A stretch of DNA of 41,874 nt from a plasmid, in the sequence record NZ_CP083837.1; one strand, given 5' to 3'. Positions 37,253 through 41,874 of the stretch are shown piece by piece (positions within the stretch are counted from its first letter, which is position 1; the number at the start of each line of letters is the position of its first letter). The translations under genes and the position numbers were made by a program. The notes under the pieces were generated by a model. That model ran no database searches and was not told the origin of the DNA. It saw nothing but the letters and a program-made list of their open reading frames with translations.

Positions 37253-40012
37253 TTAATTAATTCCACGATTGGCACGTTCAAGATAGATATCAATCCAGTC
37301 TTCCGGTTTCATCCCTTCTTTCCAGATTTCATCGAACAGCTCCAGCTGCTCCGTAGAAGCACTTAAAATCGGGAGATAATAAGCGGCTTTACCCAGATCT
37401 AACTTTGCAAAGGCTGCAAAGTCATCGCGTTCGCCCTGCCGCTGTGGGTTTTTGACCACCATGAACTGACGCGAAAGCGGGTCAATAGCTTTAATTTTGT
37501 CAAAATAAAGCTCTTTTACCTGTAGGCCGTCGACATATTCCCCACGCTTGGCTTTAGGATTTGCAAGATAGATATGTGTGGCACACTGTTCACGAACAGC
37601 AGCTGCTATCGGCGTTTTAATCAGCTCATCCGGCGACTGCGTAGCGACAACGAGCACCATATCCAGCTTACGTCCAGTCTTGAGTTTGTTATAAACGAAA
37701 TCCCTGAAAGCATCGTTGTTCAGCCACTGCCAGAACTCATCCATATAAATAATGAGTCGTCGGCCGTCGGCCAGCATTGTTACGCGATAAATCAGATAAA
37801 ACGAAGCTACCGGGGCAACAACTTTATCATCCAGAAATTCCGTACCATCAACACCAAAAACATCCAGATTGGATACGTCAAAAGTATCTGTGCGATTATC
37901 AATGACCCAGCCGTATTCACCTCCCTGTTTCCACGCTTTAAGACGAGCCTTGATACCATGACGCTTAGTTTCTGCATCATCTGGTTCAAGAATAAGCGGA
38001 ATAAGTTTACTGACAGGGAATGAACGATCTTCCCTTGCCATTAAACGCTCAACTGCATCTGAAATCAGGCCGTTCTGGTAATCATCCAGGGTATTGTTAT
38101 TAAGCGTACAAATCAGTCTTATCAAATCCTTCATAAAAGCGATGTTACGCTTGGTTGGCTTCAGAGCCGCTGGATTCCACCCGGTCGGTGCGCCACCCTT
38201 AACCCGGTAATATTCACCTCCCATAGCGCGAATGCCGACTTCACCCGCCCTGTCTTTATCAAAAAAAACAGTGGTCAGTTTCCTGACCTTTCGGTTAGAC
38301 GGAAAGGACTCCGGCGCACCGTACTGTTGTACGGCGTATGCTTTCGTCATTAAAAGGACAGTTTTACCTACGTTTGATGTCCCAAGAATTTCCGTATGTC
38401 CCAGCGTTGGGTTTTTACCAAAGAAATTCTGGTTTTCCGTGGTCATATGGTAGTTGAGGTGATAAATATCATTACCAGAACCGCGCAAGGTAATTAATCT
38501 GTCACCCCAGGTATTCCCTTTTTCTTTCCCTGTAAAGAAGTTATGGAAGCTTTCCATTTCAGCAAAATTAAGACTGCTAAGGGTACACAAGCGAGGGCGC
38601 AAGTTATAATTACCCGGTAACTGAGCAAAATACGCAGCCCCAAGACTCAGGGTCGAATATGTGATAATAAGCCCAAGGTCTTCAAGGGTTGTGGTCACTA
38701 TATTGGTGTCTTTAACCAGACGTTCCGGCGTGTCAGCAAAAACAATCAGCGTCTGGTGACTCTTACCAAAAGAGTTGTAACCACTGGAAACCATATCCAG
38801 ACCAACATGCAAATCAGCCAGCAATGATTTAGCCGCATCATCAGTCATCTCAAGCTTATCAATCTGATCGTCCAGCGCCTTGATGGAGGCTTGCTTATCC
38901 ATCGTAGTGAAAGACGATGTAAAGACATATTCAACAGGGAGATACATCAGCGCATCAAAAATTCCGGCGTCCGTCTCCTGAAAGTAATCCTTTATTTCAA
39001 TGCACCGGAAATATCTGGCGTGATCAGAAGCTGTAATTTGCCCTGCATCGTTACCGAAAAACAAGTCTTTACCGCCAAGATAAGTATAAAAAGGACTATT
39101 AGTTACTCTTACCTTTTGAAACTTCCCGGATAGCAGATACTGAAAAAGGGAAAGTTGGTCAGAAAATACCTTGCTATTTTCTTCAAACAAACCAAGACGG
39201 CGAGAGTGGAACCTGGACAGATAAGTATCAAGTCTGCCACAAATTTCGTTCATGTCGTTAATGGGTTCATCAAAAATATTTTTATTCCGCTTATTCCTTG
39301 AAAGAAAATGTGAAACTTTATCTTCAGCATTGAAAGGCTTATAACAGACTGTCAGATAAAGTTTGTTTTCAAAATATTCAGGCTCAGAAAGAGAACGGTA
39401 ATAATCATTCATAACCCGGTTAACAAATGGGATTTTACTGTTAAATGAAGACTGAACCTCTTTCTTTACACGAACACGGTGTGTGTAGAACGTCACAGGC
39501 TTACCCTCAAAGCTTCGAATAAGCGTGTTGAGTTGGTCTGTCAGTAACGTCAGATCCTCCTCATCAACACATTCAAAGTAAGCGCCGTCAATATGCCAGG
39601 TAGCCAGCAAATCACGGCTTTTTGTGACGATTAGATTATCTGTGATATGAGAAGAGTACGGTATCAGCTCCTCAATAGAAGACTGGTCTTTCAGCTTCAT
39701 AAAATTGTCCACTCTGGAAATATCAACTTCATCATACTGGCTCCCCGCATAATGGACGGCACTGAAGCGTTTGTTTGACAAGGGATGACCTTTGATTACA
39801 GTTCGTAGATAAAGCAGGTCAAAGAAACGCTCATCGATCTGTGTTACTCGCTTGATGGCATACCACCCTGGCAATATGAGTGCATACATTGCATCATGAA
39901 TCCATACACCAAGTAATACAGAAATAAGGCACATTCCAAGGAAGGGGTAGAGCGGAACGCCCAACCCCCGGATTAAAGCGGGGCGTGTCAGCCCTTTAAA
40001 AAGAGTACTCAT
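37253..40012 (-). CDS. pilX3-4: VirB3-VirB4 fusion T4SS ATPase, 919 aa
   Basis: N-terminal VirB3-like TM segment fused to a VirB4 ATPase. Fusion typical of IncX pilX3-4. Confidence 0.85.
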   Translation of the reverse strand: MSTLFKGLTRPALIRGLGVPLYPFLGMCLISVLLGVWIHDAMYALILPGWYAIKRVTQIDERFFDLLYLRTVIKGHPLSNKRFSAVHYAGSQYDEVDISRVDNFMKLKDQSSIEELIPYSSHITDNLIVTKSRDLLATWHIDGAYFECVDEEDLTLLTDQLNTLIRSFEGKPVTFYTHRVRVKKEVQSSFNSKIPFVNRVMNDYYRSLSEPEYFENKLYLTVCYKPFNAEDKVSHFLSRNKRNKNIFDEPINDMNEICGRLDTYLSRFHSRRLGLFEENSKVFSDQLSLFQYLLSGKFQKVRVTNSPFYTYLGGKDLFFGNDAGQITASDHARYFRCIEIKDYFQETDAGIFDALMYLPVEYVFTSSFTTMDKQASIKALDDQIDKLEMTDDAAKSLLADLHVGLDMVSSGYNSFGKSHQTLIVFADTPERLVKDTNIVTTTLEDLGLIITYSTLSLGAAYFAQLPGNYNLRPRLCTLSSLNFAEMESFHNFFTGKEKGNTWGDRLITLRGSGNDIYHLNYHMTTENQNFFGKNPTLGHTEILGTSNVGKTVLLMTKAYAVQQYGAPESFPSNRKVRKLTTVFFDKDRAGEVGIRAMGGEYYRVKGGAPTGWNPAALKPTKRNIAFMKDLIRLICTLNNNTLDDYQNGLISDAVERLMAREDRSFPVSKLIPLILEPDDAETKRHGIKARLKAWKQGGEYGWVIDNRTDTFDVSNLDVFGVDGTEFLDDKVVAPVASFYLIYRVTMLADGRRLIIYMDEFWQWLNNDAFRDFVYNKLKTGRKLDMVLVVATQSPDELIKTPIAAAVREQCATHIYLANPKAKRGEYVDGLQVKELYFDKIKAIDPLSRQFMVVKNPQRQGERDDFAAFAKLDLGKAAYYLPILSASTEQLELFDEIWKEGMKPEDWIDIYLERANRGIN

Positions 40013-40033
40013 ATTTACGCCCCTGAGATTAAC

Positions 40034-40342
40034 TTATGACAACCAGTCCGGTACGTAAGGAGCAATGATAAAGATAATCATCCCGATAATCAGAGGATAA
40101 ATCCATGTCATATGTTGACGTGCAAACAGCGCAATATATGCAATACCTAAGCAAATAATGGTGATTGCTGGTTTTCTCAAGTCAGTAAGGAAATCAATGA
40201 TCTTTTGTAAAAAACCGGTAGTCTTTGTAGATACATCATCAGCAAAAGCTGGTTCCGCAACACAAAGCATTAAGGCAGCCATAAAGACAGTGAGTGTTAA
40301 GTAACGTTTATTCAGTTTCAACATCGTTTGTTTCCTTTTCAT
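40034..40342 (-). CDS. pilX2: VirB2-like pilin precursor, ~100 aa (start uncertain; the ORF extends to 40366)
   Basis: Long leader, two hydrophobic segments, position between virB1 and virB3-4. Confidence 0.7.
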   Translation of the reverse strand: MKRKQTMLKLNKRYLTLTVFMAALMLCVAEPAFADDVSTKTTGFLQKIIDFLTDLRKPAITIICLGIAYIALFARQHMTWIYPLIIGMIIFIIAPYVPDWLS

Positions 40343-40952
40343 CTGATACGGTGCCACGCATGGCATATTTTGGATAAACAGTAGTTTCTTTTCGCGTAAT
40401 GTCCTGTGTTGCAGTCTCCTTTCCTATTTCATCCTTAACCGATGGAACAGCCCATACCTTTTTGTTGTCTGGACGGCTATAACCAATACGCTGCGTATAG
40501 CTCGTATTATTAAAATTTGATTCAGATTTTTGCCCCGTCACAAAATTTCCAGAGTAATAACAACTAAGAGCGTTTTTTAAACTCCCTCCCCTTTGATAGC
40601 AATCAAGCATGATTTTTTCGAATACGGTAAGGTTTGTACACTGCGAGAAAAGTTTTTCTGCATTGACGCCATATTTAGAAAAATTAGTGCTTGTTATTTG
40701 CATAAGACCCGTTGAATAACGGTGATTTCTAGCTTCAATTTTTTTTATTATGCTTAGTGCATCCTCCTTAGAACTTGGGAAATAAGAAATTACGCCACTA
40801 TCACCGGGCTTACGCTCACCTTTCGGTATAATCTCGGCTATAGCATAAGGATTAAAGCCAGATTCAACCCTTGCAACTTCATGAGCAGTATCAGGATGAA
40901 CGCTGGCGGCGCATTGCATAGCAAGCGCGATAAAAGCTGAGGTAGATAACAT
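40308..40952 (-). CDS. pilX1: VirB1-like lytic transglycosylase, 214 aa
   Basis: SLT-domain N-terminus with catalytic Glu (VARVESGFNPYA). Signal peptide. Confidence 0.8.
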   Translation of the reverse strand: MLSTSAFIALAMQCAASVHPDTAHEVARVESGFNPYAIAEIIPKGERKPGDSGVISYFPSSKEDALSIIKKIEARNHRYSTGLMQITSTNFSKYGVNAEKLFSQCTNLTVFEKIMLDCYQRGGSLKNALSCYYSGNFVTGQKSESNFNNTSYTQRIGYSRPDNKKVWAVPSVKDEIGKETATQDITRKETTVYPKYAMRGTVSDEKETNDVETE

Positions 40953-40997
40953 TGATTACTCCCGGCCAGAACAGCACAGAACAGATCGGCAGAACGA

Positions 40998-41225
40998 TTA
41001 CTCTTCGGAGTCGATATCGGCACCGTTTATGAGTTCATCTATTGCCTTTTGTGAACATGTTTTAATGAGATACTGCACAAAACCAGAGTCAGAAATACGC
41101 CTTCCCCGGCGGTAGCTAATCTCAACAGCGATTCGCTCAACTTCATCACGAACGTCAGAAGGGAGATAGAGGGTATTACGTTGAGGCTTGCGCTTGCTTG
41201 AAGTCTTTTTTCTGGTAACAGTCAT
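40998..41225 (-). CDS. Small RHH (CopG/Arc-like) DNA-binding protein, 75 aa
   Basis: Basic N-terminal tail, then a beta-strand/helix pattern NTLYLPSDVRDEVERIAVE. Confidence 0.45.
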   Translation of the reverse strand: MTVTRKKTSSKRKPQRNTLYLPSDVRDEVERIAVEISYRRGRRISDSGFVQYLIKTCSQKAIDELINGADIDSEE

Positions 41226-41667
41226 TTTTCTTCCGTTTCATTTTGTGGGTTAAGCTTTTTTCTGTGATGTAGTTGAGCATGGCTATACTTCTCTTCCTTG
41301 GATCATCCATCAGCATTATTTCCACCAAACGGGGGGCGTTAGTATGGCTAAGTTGATTCCGTTCTCCTTGTTGTACGTTAAATATTTCCTCATCAGGTAC
41401 AGGTAACGGCTCTCCACCAAAAGCAATAAACCGCTGAACATAAGGTAATGCGGTGATAGTAGATGAGTGAATTTTTTCAAAATCGGCCTGGATGAAAAGA
41501 TACCCTGGGAAAAGTGGTAACAGCCTTTCTCTGAACGAGATTTGTTTATCCGGGCGGCGATACTTTTCTGAAATCATAGGGCAGTAGTAAGAAAAGTTAT
41601 GCTGTTCAAGATGGGAGAAAACAGCAGCAAACCTCGTCGTAGTAAATTGCAAAACGTACCATTTCAT
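41176..41667 (-). CDS. actX: NusG/RfaH-family transcription antiterminator (ActX-like activator of the pilX operon), 163 aa
   Basis: NGN-domain signature KWYVLQ...LFPGYLF parallels RfaH (WYLLYCK...LFPNYLF). First gene of the T4SS operon, as in IncX plasmids. Confidence 0.7.
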   Translation of the reverse strand: MKWYVLQFTTTRFAAVFSHLEQHNFSYYCPMISEKYRRPDKQISFRERLLPLFPGYLFIQADFEKIHSSTITALPYVQRFIAFGGEPLPVPDEEIFNVQQGERNQLSHTNAPRLVEIMLMDDPRKRSIAMLNYITEKSLTHKMKRKKNDCYQKKDFKQAQAST

Positions 41668-41874
41668 AGATTTTTCCTTTCATGCGCTCTCTCGACTCGG
41701 ATGACCCCGAAGTGGATAAGAAAAAGAAAAAGGACAAATTTTAATCTCGAAGTGACTTTATCAGCTACTTGTGCTGCTTTCAATTCGTTAAGTAGATCTT
41801 TCGATCGCCATAACTTCATATCGCACTTTGTTTATGCTGCAAAAATAACAATATTAAGATGATTTATCTTTATA

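Overview
The window reads as an IncX-type (R6K-like) conjugative plasmid, possibly the whole replicon linearised. Its backbone carries a 9-kb Tn3-family carbapenemase module. From left to right (the tra genes all lie on the minus strand):

- Relaxosome genes taxC (MOBP relaxase) and taxA.
- A 93-bp perfect inverted repeat present twice (1855-1947 and 7711-7803). Each copy carries an oriT-like signature (hairpin-forming IR plus TATCCTG|C). The pair brackets the replication module.
- The replication module: pir (pi initiator, Rep_3), six contiguous 22-bp gamma-ori-type iterons, a DnaA box, bis, and a block of small unknown genes including a J-domain protein. That block is driven by two near-identical ~96-bp promoter/operator cassettes.
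- A ParA/ParG(RHH)-type partition locus with dense centromere-like repeats.
- A chimeric resistance unit bounded by two different Tn3-family 38-bp inverted repeats (10489-19520): Tn3-like tnpA, Tn3 tnpR, ISKpn27, a 5'-deleted blaTEM, blaKPC-2, a 5'-truncated ISKpn6 transposase, a korC-like gene and a 5'-truncated klcA.
- More backbone: a short peptide/repeat-rich non-coding stretch, an RHH protein, an SprT-like metalloprotease (mpr), small unknowns, plasmid H-NS, Hha and TopB (topoisomerase III).
- A ~3.5-kb cluster of unknown genes containing a frameshifted P-loop ATPase and a secreted SNase-type nuclease.
- The type IV secretion system: VirD4 coupling protein (taxB), a complete VirB11 to VirB1 set (pilX11 to pilX1, including an unannotated 42-aa VirB7 lipoprotein and an entry-exclusion lipoprotein), an RHH protein and the NusG/RfaH-like activator actX.

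No rRNA, tRNA or CRISPR is visible. The most interesting unexplained signals are:

- the duplicated promoter-operator module with an 18-bp perfect palindrome driving the leading-region genes;
- a recurring TTTGCTGGCA motif that forms a ~21-bp-phased array;
- an AT-rich island whose first gene is fused to the second oriT-promoter copy;
- the unknown gene cluster between taxB and topB.
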